Source: a bacterium
GTDB taxonomy: Bacteria; Electryoneota; Electryoneia; Electryoneales; Electryoneaceae
NCBI GenBank assembly: GCA_963675295.2
Contig: CAXXKJ010000001.1
Coordinates: forward strand, 160,001 to 224,000
Length of the DNA stretch: 64,000 nt
Reading direction: 5' to 3'
Each line of letters starts with the position of its first letter. The first letter of the stretch is position 1. Shown here one piece after another: positions 27,634 to 36,836 of this stretch. Made by a program: the position numbers and the translations under genes. The notes under the pieces are model-generated. The model had not been told where the DNA came from, did no database searches, and worked only from the letters and a program-made list of their open reading frames with translations.

Positions 27634-29958
27634 TTAGCGGACCAGCATGACCTTCTGGGTCTGATCCATCTGACCCGGAACCGTGGCGCGGATGAAGTAC
27701 AGGCCGCTGGCCAGGCTCGAGGCGTCGAAGGTCATCGTGTGACGACCAGCGCTGTAGTCGCCATTGGCAACCGTCGCAACCAACTGACCGGTGACGTTGT
27801 ACACGTTCACCTTCAGGTCGGCCGCTTCCGGAAGCGTGACGGCGAAGCTGGTGCTCGGGTTGAACGGGTTCGGATACGCGTTCTCAAGCGCGAACTCGGT
27901 CGGAACGTTGACAGAGCCACCGTTGGAAGCAATACCGAAGCTGTTGTCGCCAGCCCAGTCTTCACGGACGAATTCGAAGGTCGACTCAACGAATTCACCA
28001 CTGCGGTCAAACGCAACACCGCGATCATACGGCGCGGTCGGCTGACCCATGTGGTCACGATACATCGGTTCCAGCTCACCAAGGTGCGCCGGACCAATGG
28101 CGTTCGGGGCGCTGAAGGTCGCACCGATTTCGTCGAACCAGGTTTCGTTGGTGTAGGCAGTCGCCATACCAACATAACCCGTCGCGTACGTCGCATCGGT
28201 GAAGCTACCCTGGTAGTTGCCGTTGATCGTGATGTCGAACGAGGAGCCGCTCGCATCGATCTGCAGCGTGTTGATCGCGCCGACGCCGGTGTTGATGCCA
28301 ACGCCCGTGGTCCAACCAATGATGTTGGTCGGGGCGCCAGCGGTGTAGACCCACGCCGAGTAGCTGGTGTTGGAAATGTAAACAGCGTAACCAGCATAGT
28401 CACCGTCCTGCGGGCCATTGCCACGGAACAGCATACCAACCGAGTAACCCTGCGTCACAGCATACTCAAAGGTGGTGCTGGCACTGAAGTTATCGAAGTT
28501 CATCGCGGTGTAAGAGCCGGAGCCCCACTCAGCCGCAAGGACCTGGTCAAACTTGCAGTAGCCACCATCGATCATGTACGAACCGTCGCCAACGTAAAAT
28601 TCGAAGCCCGGGGCGGTCGCGCCACCAAAGCCTTCAAACAGACCAGCGCCGACCTTCGCGAAGTCGAAGTTGTCCGTAACCTGAAGGTTCGGGTTGTTCG
28701 GAACACCAGCGATACCCTGGAGGTTGTACGCGCCTTCCGGAGCATAGCTCGGGACGGTCAACGAGAAGTCATACGCGGTGAAGTTCATGTACGGAACGAG
28801 GGTGAACGGAATGTTGTCCACCGGACCCACGACGTTGCTGTTCGGCAGCGTCACGAAGGTCTGATAACGAAGACCCGGGAACTGAGCCGGAATCGTGCTG
28901 ACGAGAGACGCGTCATAAACGACGTCGCCACCACCCTGCGGAACCGTCGTCACGGACGGATCGAGGGTCAGCATGACATACGTCCAGGTCACTTCAACCG
29001 GACCGGCCGGAGTGGATTCGCCTTCATCGTAGTACGCGGTAACTTCGTACGAGTAGGTACCTTCGCCCGGCAGGTTGTCGACGAACATTTCAGTCGTCGG
29101 TTCACCAACCAGGTTGCCATCACGGTAGACCTTGTAGTTCAGGAACTCATCAACCTGCGGCTCACCGTAACGGTCGAAGACGCGCACGCCTTCTGCCATC
29201 GGCATCGGGGAGTCAATCGGGTTGTGGGCATCGTCGAAGTAACCTTCAACCGGAGTACCCTGAGCAGCCGGAGCCGGAACGGCATCAACCGCACCCATGG
29301 TGCAGAAGATTTCGTCGTACCAGGTCACGTTGTAGGCTTCGATCACGCCGACATAACCCTGCGGATAGCTGGCGTCGGTGAAGCTGTTGTGATAGGTACC
29401 ATTGATGTACAGGTCGTACGTGCCGCCCGAACCCTGAATTTCCATCGAGTTCACAGCGCCCTGACCGACGTTGATGCCGGTACCGGTGGACCAGGAGATA
29501 ATCGCCGAAGCCGTGCCGTTGGTGTACTTCCACACCGAATAGCTGGTGTTGGAAACGTACATCCCATAGCCGTTGAAGTCAGCGTCACGCGGACCATTGG
29601 TGCACCACATGAAACCACGGGAACCCGTCGAGGTATCCTGGATTTCAAACGTGCCGCTCAGCGTGAAGTTGTCAAACTCCATCGCTTCGTAGGCACCTGT
29701 CTGCCAGCTGGTCGTGCCCGTTCCGTCGAGCTTCGCATAGCCGTCAGAGAACGAAAGGTTATTCACCAACCAGTTCCAGGAAGCGCCCGGATCTGCATCA
29801 AACGTTTCCGCCAAGCCAGCCGACGGAGCATTCCACGTCAAGGTGACTTCGCCACCATTGCCGAGATCCGCTTCAAGGCCGTAAGGCGGATAAACCTGCG
29901 CCGACGCCGCAAACGCCAGCACGAATACTGCGAGAAGAATACTGGACAGGTACTTCAT
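27634..29958 (-). CDS. Secreted modular protein: FN3 with inserted L1, Ig, L2, CTD (member C)
   Basis: Collinear paralog. AAGGGGG RBS before MKYLSSILL. Confidence 0.85.
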   Translation of the reverse strand: MKYLSSILLAVFVLAFAASAQVYPPYGLEADLGNGGEVTLTWNAPSAGLAETFDADPGASWNWLVNNLSFSDGYAKLDGTGTTSWQTGAYEAMEFDNFTLSGTFEIQDTSTGSRGFMWCTNGPRDADFNGYGMYVSNTSYSVWKYTNGTASAIISWSTGTGINVGQGAVNSMEIQGSGGTYDLYINGTYHNSFTDASYPQGYVGVIEAYNVTWYDEIFCTMGAVDAVPAPAAQGTPVEGYFDDAHNPIDSPMPMAEGVRVFDRYGEPQVDEFLNYKVYRDGNLVGEPTTEMFVDNLPGEGTYSYEVTAYYDEGESTPAGPVEVTWTYVMLTLDPSVTTVPQGGGDVVYDASLVSTIPAQFPGLRYQTFVTLPNSNVVGPVDNIPFTLVPYMNFTAYDFSLTVPSYAPEGAYNLQGIAGVPNNPNLQVTDNFDFAKVGAGLFEGFGGATAPGFEFYVGDGSYMIDGGYCKFDQVLAAEWGSGSYTAMNFDNFSASTTFEYAVTQGYSVGMLFRGNGPQDGDYAGYAVYISNTSYSAWVYTAGAPTNIIGWTTGVGINTGVGAINTLQIDASGSSFDITINGNYQGSFTDATYATGYVGMATAYTNETWFDEIGATFSAPNAIGPAHLGELEPMYRDHMGQPTAPYDRGVAFDRSGEFVESTFEFVREDWAGDNSFGIASNGGSVNVPTEFALENAYPNPFNPSTSFAVTLPEAADLKVNVYNVTGQLVATVANGDYSAGRHTMTFDASSLASGLYFIRATVPGQMDQTQKVMLVR

Positions 29959-30502
29959 ACTACCCCCTTGTGTGTTGGACCTACCTGTTGAGCCAATAAA
30001 TCCAATGCCTGCGAAAGATAGTTCTCCGGCACCGATCTGCAAAACCCCCTTTAGCGTTTTGTCGATTTTTTTGAGGCACTCGGGAGACGGACAACCGCCT
30101 GCATTGTGGGGTTTCAAACCCCTGCTGTAACCCCGCTCATAGCCTCAAGAAGGGAATTCGCATGAAACCACGAACGTGCCCAAACCCGGCGGAAAACAAG
30201 CAGTTCCAATCCCTCTCCGCAAACTAAAAAATGCAGCCGATCCGTCGAGTTGTCTCGTCACCAGACAATACCTGGAGAGCCATGCGAGTGAGATTTAGGA
30301 GGGGCTAACTTTTAGGGCGTCCGAATTTCAGCACCCGAATCCATAATTCTATCCGTTCGCGGCCTTCTATTAGCATGGTTTCCACCGGTCAATTTCCCTG
30401 CCCGCTTTCCGCAGTTCTGGCAGAGGCAGACGTCAAACAAATGCGCCGTCCAGATGAATTCTTCACCCGTACGGCGCATGTTAGTCGATTGGAAACAAAA
30501 GC

Positions 30503-31789
30503 TTACTGGACAAGCATGACTTTTTGTGTCTTAATCATCCGGCCGGGCACAGCCGCCTGCACGAAATACAGCCCGCTCGACAATCCCTGAGCCGCGAAGG
30601 AATACGTGTGCATTCCTGCCGCTACCTGACTGTTCACCAGCTCCGAAACCCGCTGTCCAGCCACATTGTAAACGGAAATCGTCACTTCTGACGTTTCCGG
30701 CAGTGCGACACGAATCGAGGTCTGTGCGTTAAACGGATTCGGGTACACCGGCAACAAGGCGAAACCGTCCGGAAGCGACTCTACCGGCGGTTCCGTCGCT
30801 GCGATCCGCAGTGCGCTTCCGTTCCAGTTGTCAACCCCGTCTGCTGCCACGCCGGTCTTCGTGAAGGTAAACGAATCCTCCAGGTACGGACCATTCATGT
30901 AGCCGACACGGGCGGTGAAGGTGTAGATGCCGTCCGGTGCCAGCGACGGAATGTTCTGCGTCATCCCGGTCTGGGTGACATTCATGTACGGCATCAGATC
31001 GAAATGCATCAGCGTTAACGGACCAAACACCTGCGCATTCGGTAGCGTGACCTCGGTCCAGTATGCAACGTTTGGATACGACGCGCCGATGAGGCTGACC
31101 AGCGAAACGTCATAAACCACATTGCCGCCGTTCGGCGGGATAGTGGTACTGGTGGGGGTAAGCGTCAACTCAATCGGATCCGGTTCGAGATCCTGCTCGA
31201 AAGTCAGGTCATCGAAGCAGCAGATTGAGCCAGTGAAGTCGAGCACGACCTCGGCGATATCTTCACCCTCAACGTTCAACGTCTGCAGCGAAGATTGTCC
31301 GGTGATCGAATAGCTGCCGATGAGGCTGCCATTGGAATCGAAGGCCGTTGCCGTAATAACACCGGACGAGTTGTGTCCAGCCAGAATGGTCAACGAAAGA
31401 ATCGGCGGGTCGAACAACATCGTTTCCGGCGGATAGACACCGGCGCCGGTGTTGAACGCGAGGAAATTCGGCGACGAATAATTGCTGATCCCGAAATTGC
31501 CCGACTCGTTCAGGACCTCGCCCTGGCCTTGGAACAACACACCCTGGTCGAGGTATTCATCCGTCAGCGGTATTTGATCATTGAATAGCCCCGGCGCATC
31601 CAGGTCATCAAAGTCGATGAACTCTTCGTCAATGGTTGGCGTATCCGGTGGTGATTGATACGGGGTTGAGCCATCGGCAACTGGTGTGTCCGACGGCATG
31701 CCGTTCAGAATGTAGGTGTCTGCGTACGTTGCCCCGGCAGCCAGCAACATCACCGCACACAACATCAGCAGGAATCCGTAGCGCTTCAT
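30503..31789 (-). CDS. Secreted modular protein: N-module, Ig, CTD (member D)
   Basis: Signal peptide, FIDFDDLDAPGLFNDQIPLT module, Ig adaptor and YPNPFNA CTD. Confidence 0.85.
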   Translation of the reverse strand: MKRYGFLLMLCAVMLLAAGATYADTYILNGMPSDTPVADGSTPYQSPPDTPTIDEEFIDFDDLDAPGLFNDQIPLTDEYLDQGVLFQGQGEVLNESGNFGISNYSSPNFLAFNTGAGVYPPETMLFDPPILSLTILAGHNSSGVITATAFDSNGSLIGSYSITGQSSLQTLNVEGEDIAEVVLDFTGSICCFDDLTFEQDLEPDPIELTLTPTSTTIPPNGGNVVYDVSLVSLIGASYPNVAYWTEVTLPNAQVFGPLTLMHFDLMPYMNVTQTGMTQNIPSLAPDGIYTFTARVGYMNGPYLEDSFTFTKTGVAADGVDNWNGSALRIAATEPPVESLPDGFALLPVYPNPFNAQTSIRVALPETSEVTISVYNVAGQRVSELVNSQVAAGMHTYSFAAQGLSSGLYFVQAAVPGRMIKTQKVMLVQ

Positions 31790-32046
31790 ACTTCCTCCCC
31801 TTGAATAGAACATGTGGTACAACGTGTACAAAAGGACGGGCATCGGTGTCAAATCTTTCGTCAACGCAAGTGAGTGACCGAATCAGAAGGAGGTCTATGC
31901 ACGGTGAACCGTCATTGGCAACGTCCGGTCGCCATGGTAACGCTTTCAATAAAGTACGACATGAAGCCTTGAATCCAGCAAGAATCACAATGTTTGATAG
32001 AATTTCCGGCTCGGGAGCATGCACCATCGCCAGGATAATCGGCAGT

Positions 32047-32081
32047 AAAAAAGGGGCATGTGATCGAGTCACATGCCCCTT
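32047..32081 (-). terminator. Rho-independent terminator
   Basis: AAAAAAGGGGCATGTGA-TCGAG-TCACATGCCCCTT. Confidence 0.85.
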
Positions 32082-32107
32082 GGGTATGAACCATCAATCG
32101 GGGAAGC

Positions 32108-34075
32108 TTAGCGAACCAGCATCACCTTCTGGGTCTGGTTCAGCTGGCCCGGAACCATCGCGCGGATGAAGTACAGGCCGCTGGCGAGGTTCGAAGCGTC
32201 GAAGGTCATCGTGTGACGGCCGGCGGTGTAATCACCGTTGGCGACCGACGCGACCAACTGACCAGCGACGTTGTACACGTTCACCGTCAGGTCAGACGCT
32301 TCCGGCAGGGTAACCGCGAAGCTGGTGCTCGGGTTGAACGGGTTCGGGTACGCGGTTTCAAGCGCGAACTCGGTCGGAACGTTCACAGCCGAACCACCGT
32401 TGGAGGCGGTACCGAAGCTGCTGCTGCCAATCCACTCTTCCGGGTGGAATTCGTAGCTGTCCGTGGCGAACTCAGCGCTGCGGTCAAACGCAACACCGCG
32501 ATCGTACGGCGCGCACTCAATACCCATGTGGTCACGATAGACCGATTCGATCTCGCCAAGGTGCGCCGGGCCGATGGAGTTCGGGGCCGGGGCGTTGCTG
32601 GCGCCGACTTCGTCGAACCAGGATTCGTTGGTGTACGCCGTCACGATACCAACATAACCGCTGGCATACGTACCGTCGCTGAAGCTGCCTTCGTAGTTGC
32701 CGTTGATGGTGATGTCAACGGTGCCGCCGCTGGCATCGATCTGCAGGGTGTTGACAGCGCCAACGCCCGTGTTGATCGCGGTACCAGTCGTCCAGCCGAT
32801 GAGGTTGGTCGGGGCGCCAGCCGTGTAGACCCACGCGGAGTAGCTGGTGTTGGAGATGTAGACAGCGTAACCATTGTAGTCGCCATCCTGCGGGCCATCA
32901 CCGCGGAAGAGCATACCGCAGGAATAACCGTTCGTGACTTCATACATGAAGGTCGTGGACGCACTGAAATTGCCGAAGGACGAGCTGGTATAGGAACCGG
33001 AACCCCAGTCCGTCGTGTTGCCGACCACATCGATCTTGCAGTAGCCACCATCAATCGAGTACGAGCCCGGGCCGACGAAGAAGTCCATGCCCTGAGCCAT
33101 GCCATCGTTGAAGTCTTCGAACCAACCCGCACCCTGCTTGCTGAACGGGAAGCTGTCCGAAACCTGCTGCGGCGGGCTGTTCGGCACACCAGCCTTGGCT
33201 TCAAACATGTAGTTGCCGGCCGGGGCGGAACCCGGAACCGAAACCGTCATGCCCGTGACCTGAAGGTTCATGTACGGGAACAGGGTGAACGGAATGTTGT
33301 CGATCGGACCAAAGACCTGCTGGTTCGGCAGGGTCGCGAAGGTCTGATAACGGAGACCCGGAATCTGAGCCGGGATCGTGCTGACGAGCGACGCATCATA
33401 CACCACGTTGCCGCCACCCATCGGGACCGTGTCCACAACCGGGGTCAACGTCAGGGTCACCGGGTCGCCCGGGCCGTTGTCGAACCACAGGTCGTCGAAG
33501 CACGCCACGTTGCCGGTGAAATCGAGAACCACGCTCGCGCAGCCGTTCATGCCGCTCAGCGACATGGTCTGCAACGCCGAGGTGCCGGTGATCGTCGTGC
33601 TACCCAGCACGCCGCCACCCGCATTGTACGCGGTCATCGTGATCGTACCGGACGAACTGTGACCGGCGAGGATCGAAATGTCACTGATTTCCGGGTTGAA
33701 CAGCATCGTCTCCGGCGGGTTTGCACCAACGCCAGTGTTGAACGCGAGGAAGTTCGGCGACGAGAAGTTGCTGATGCCGAAGCCGCCGCTCTCGTTCAAG
33801 ACTTCGCCAAGACCCTGGAAGATCACGCCCTGCGCGGCGTATTCATTGGTCAGCGGAACCTGGTCGTTGAACAGGCCAGGCGCGGTCATGTCATCAAAGT
33901 TGATGAACTCATCGTCCGCGATCGGACCATCTTCCGGGGCCACATACGTGTTGCTGACGTCGATCGCCGGGGTGTCCGACGGAACGCCATTCACGGTAAA
34001 CGATTCGGCGAGGACCGGACTGGCGGCCAACGCCATCGCGACAAACGACGCGAATACCTTACTCAGGTGCTTCAT
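32108..34075 (-). CDS. Secreted modular protein: N-module, Ig, L2, CTD (member E)
   Basis: N-module shared with D and F; L2 shared with A-C; YPNPFNP CTD. Confidence 0.85.
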   Translation of the reverse strand: MKHLSKVFASFVAMALAASPVLAESFTVNGVPSDTPAIDVSNTYVAPEDGPIADDEFINFDDMTAPGLFNDQVPLTNEYAAQGVIFQGLGEVLNESGGFGISNFSSPNFLAFNTGVGANPPETMLFNPEISDISILAGHSSSGTITMTAYNAGGGVLGSTTITGTSALQTMSLSGMNGCASVVLDFTGNVACFDDLWFDNGPGDPVTLTLTPVVDTVPMGGGNVVYDASLVSTIPAQIPGLRYQTFATLPNQQVFGPIDNIPFTLFPYMNLQVTGMTVSVPGSAPAGNYMFEAKAGVPNSPPQQVSDSFPFSKQGAGWFEDFNDGMAQGMDFFVGPGSYSIDGGYCKIDVVGNTTDWGSGSYTSSSFGNFSASTTFMYEVTNGYSCGMLFRGDGPQDGDYNGYAVYISNTSYSAWVYTAGAPTNLIGWTTGTAINTGVGAVNTLQIDASGGTVDITINGNYEGSFSDGTYASGYVGIVTAYTNESWFDEVGASNAPAPNSIGPAHLGEIESVYRDHMGIECAPYDRGVAFDRSAEFATDSYEFHPEEWIGSSSFGTASNGGSAVNVPTEFALETAYPNPFNPSTSFAVTLPEASDLTVNVYNVAGQLVASVANGDYTAGRHTMTFDASNLASGLYFIRAMVPGQLNQTQKVMLVR

Positions 34076-34509
34076 ACTACCTCCCCTTGCGGTTCTTCTG
34101 TGATGTGAAACCTGATTGGAATCACGGTCTCCTGATTTCCCATGCCAGAGAAACTGGAGCATCGAAACGGTTGTCGCTTCTGATCTCGAATCGAAGTGAG
34201 CAGTGAAACTACCAGTCGGGGTAAGCAGTGCGTCGAAGCGGTATGAATCTTAGGAACGACTAACAAGATAATCGGGCGGAACAGCAATGCAAGTAGAAAC
34301 TAGCCCTTTCGAATTTTTCTTTCTCTGGAGTCTTGTTAGGTTACTGTCAATTGAAGCTAATAATGACGAATCCTCACACTTCAGCTGAATGGTCAGCAGT
34401 CAGGTTGACTATCAAACAGGTTGTCCTATACATAAGGAGGGAACAAGGGGGGACGCGTGAACCAGGCACGCGTCCCCATGCAGGACATGACATCAACAAA
34501 TGCTGTCTA

Positions 34510-36459
34510 TTAACGGACCAGCATCACCTTCTGGGTCTGATCCATCTGACCCGGAACCGTGGCGCGGACGAAGTACAGGCCGCTGGCCAGGCTCGAGGCG
34601 TCGAAGGTCATCGTGTGACGGCCAGCGCTGTAGTCGCCATTGGCAACCGTCGCAACCAGCTGGCCAGTGACGTTGTACACGTTCACCGTCAGATCCGACG
34701 TCTGCGGCAGGCTCACCGCGAACGTCGTGGTCGGGTTGAACGGGTTCGGATACGCATTCTCCAGCGCGAACTCGGTCGGAACATTGACCGAACCCTCGTT
34801 GGATGCAATACCGAAGCTGCTGCCGGCCCAATCTTCCGGATTGAACTGATAGTCACTCGGAGAATACCGGTCAAACACCATCACACCGTCCGCAACCGGC
34901 ATCGGCGCGTCGATCGGGTTGTGCATGTCGTCGAAGTACCCGTCGACCGGTGTGCCCTGCGCCGCCGGAGCGCCCGGCACCATGTCAGCCGCGCCGTAGG
35001 AGCAGAAGATATTGTCGTACCACGTCACGTTGTACGCTTCGATCACGCCGACATACCCCTGCGGATAAGACGCGTCGGTGAAGCTGTTGTGGTACGTTCC
35101 GTTGATGTACAGGTCGTACGTGCCGCCCGAACCCTGGACTTCCATCGAGTTCACAGCGCCCATACCGGTGTTGATGCCGGTACCTGTGGCCCAGGAGATG
35201 ATACTTGAGGCCGAGCCAGCCGTGTACTTCCACACCGAGTAGCTGGTGTTGGAGACGTACATGCCGTAGCCATTGAAATCGGTGTCACGTGGACCATTGG
35301 TGCACCACATCACACCACGGGAGCTGGACTGGCTGTCCTGAATCTCGAACGTGCTGGTGAGTGTGAAGTTGTCAAACTCCATCGCCTCGTACGCACCTGT
35401 CTGCCAGCTGGTGCCGCTCGAACCGTCGAGCTTCGCATAGCCACCCGAGAACGAAAGGTCATCCACGATCCAGTTCCAAGCTGTGCCAGGATCGGTGTTG
35501 AACTCTTCCGCCAGGCCACCGCCACCGAGCTTGACGAACGGGAATGAATCCGTCACCTGCATGTTCGGGTTGTTCGGAACACCCGCAATCGCTTCGAGGA
35601 TGTAACCGCCTGTGGGGGCACCACCCGGAACCGCAATCGTCCGGTTGTAGATCGTGACGTCCATGTACGGCGTCAGCGTAAACGGAATGTTTTCGATCGG
35701 ACCGTAGACCACGCTGTTCGGCAGCGTCGCAAAGGTCTGATACCGCAGACCGGACATCATGGCCGGAATCGTGCTCACCAGCGACACATCGTAGATAACG
35801 TCGCCACCCGTCTCCGGGACCGTCGTCTGAGTCGGGTTCAGCGTCAACGTCACCGGATCGCCAGGACCGTTCACGAAGAACAGGTCGTCAAAGCAGCAAA
35901 CCGTACCGCTGAAATCGAGGACCACCTCGACAATGTCGTTTCCGGTGATGCTAAGTTCCTGCATCGCCGTTGTACCCGTCACAGACGTGTAACCAACCTG
36001 CGTGCCGCCGGAATTGTACGCGGTCATTTCAATAAATACCGACGAGGAGTGACCACCGAGAATGGAGATTTCCGTGATCGGCGGATCAAACAGCAAGGTC
36101 TCCGGAGGGTTCGCGCCAACGCCAGTGTTAAAGGCAAGGAAATTCGGCGCGGAATACCCTGTCACGCTGAAGCCCCCACCGTCATTCAACACTTCACCAA
36201 GGCCTTGAAACACCACGCCCAGGTCTTCATACTCCGTGGTCAGCGGAATCTGGTCGTTGAACAAACTCGGTGCATCGAGGTCGTCAAAGTCAATGAACAC
36301 ATCGTCATCGGTGATCGGCCCGGTGTTCGGCGCGATATAGTTGTTGACCATATCAACGGCGGGTGTGTCGGACACCACACCATTGACCACATACGTGTCC
36401 GCATTGGCCGCAAACACGACCACGAGACACAGGACGAACAGCAAACTCAGGCGCTTCAT
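34510..36459 (-). CDS. Secreted modular protein: N-module, Ig, L1, CTD (member F)
   Basis: N-module as in D and E. The L1 domain (WQTGAYEAMEFDNFTL...YVGVIEAYNVTWYD) sits in the post-Ig slot. Confidence 0.85.
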   Translation of the reverse strand: MKRLSLLFVLCLVVVFAANADTYVVNGVVSDTPAVDMVNNYIAPNTGPITDDDVFIDFDDLDAPSLFNDQIPLTTEYEDLGVVFQGLGEVLNDGGGFSVTGYSAPNFLAFNTGVGANPPETLLFDPPITEISILGGHSSSVFIEMTAYNSGGTQVGYTSVTGTTAMQELSITGNDIVEVVLDFSGTVCCFDDLFFVNGPGDPVTLTLNPTQTTVPETGGDVIYDVSLVSTIPAMMSGLRYQTFATLPNSVVYGPIENIPFTLTPYMDVTIYNRTIAVPGGAPTGGYILEAIAGVPNNPNMQVTDSFPFVKLGGGGLAEEFNTDPGTAWNWIVDDLSFSGGYAKLDGSSGTSWQTGAYEAMEFDNFTLTSTFEIQDSQSSSRGVMWCTNGPRDTDFNGYGMYVSNTSYSVWKYTAGSASSIISWATGTGINTGMGAVNSMEVQGSGGTYDLYINGTYHNSFTDASYPQGYVGVIEAYNVTWYDNIFCSYGAADMVPGAPAAQGTPVDGYFDDMHNPIDAPMPVADGVMVFDRYSPSDYQFNPEDWAGSSFGIASNEGSVNVPTEFALENAYPNPFNPTTTFAVSLPQTSDLTVNVYNVTGQLVATVANGDYSAGRHTMTFDASSLASGLYFVRATVPGQMDQTQKVMLVR

Positions 36460-36836
36460 ACTACCCCCCTTGGTTGAAGCTGACTGTACCCGGTTACGAG
36501 ACTGCAAACGAAATGAATACAACAGGTTTAAAATCGTAAGTTGCTATTTCGTGTCGGATGAAGTCTGTTGAGGTCACAGGAGAGCTGTTCGTGGTAAACC
36601 ATCGGCCCCTTTTCCGACTAGTTTACACAAAGATAGGTAAATAAGATAACACCCTAACTATTTGAGACAAGTGTATTTGCGGGATATTTTTTGTTTTCGG
36701 GGCTCTCGAGCCAGTGATCCAAGCTGTTGTTTTGTATAGAAAAAGGTGAACCACGTTGTGGTCCACCCATAAAGTTGACCGGGGTCGTCCGAGATCGGCC
36801 CCCACGCCAGTGCACACTTTACACTGGGTCCGATCC

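Noticed and set aside
24872-34108. Very long plus-strand ORFs (737, 788 and 631 aa) antisense to the paralog family, and similar ones opposite acs and the cytochrome
   Set aside because: They are in-register mirror frames expected from strong codon bias in GC-rich genes. They lack recognisable motifs, and the opposite strand has clear signal peptides and domains.
22121-36459. Diversity-generating retroelement acting on the paralogs
   Set aside because: No reverse transcriptase is in the window. Differences between repeats are mostly synonymous and not adenine-specific, and no non-coding template repeat was seen.
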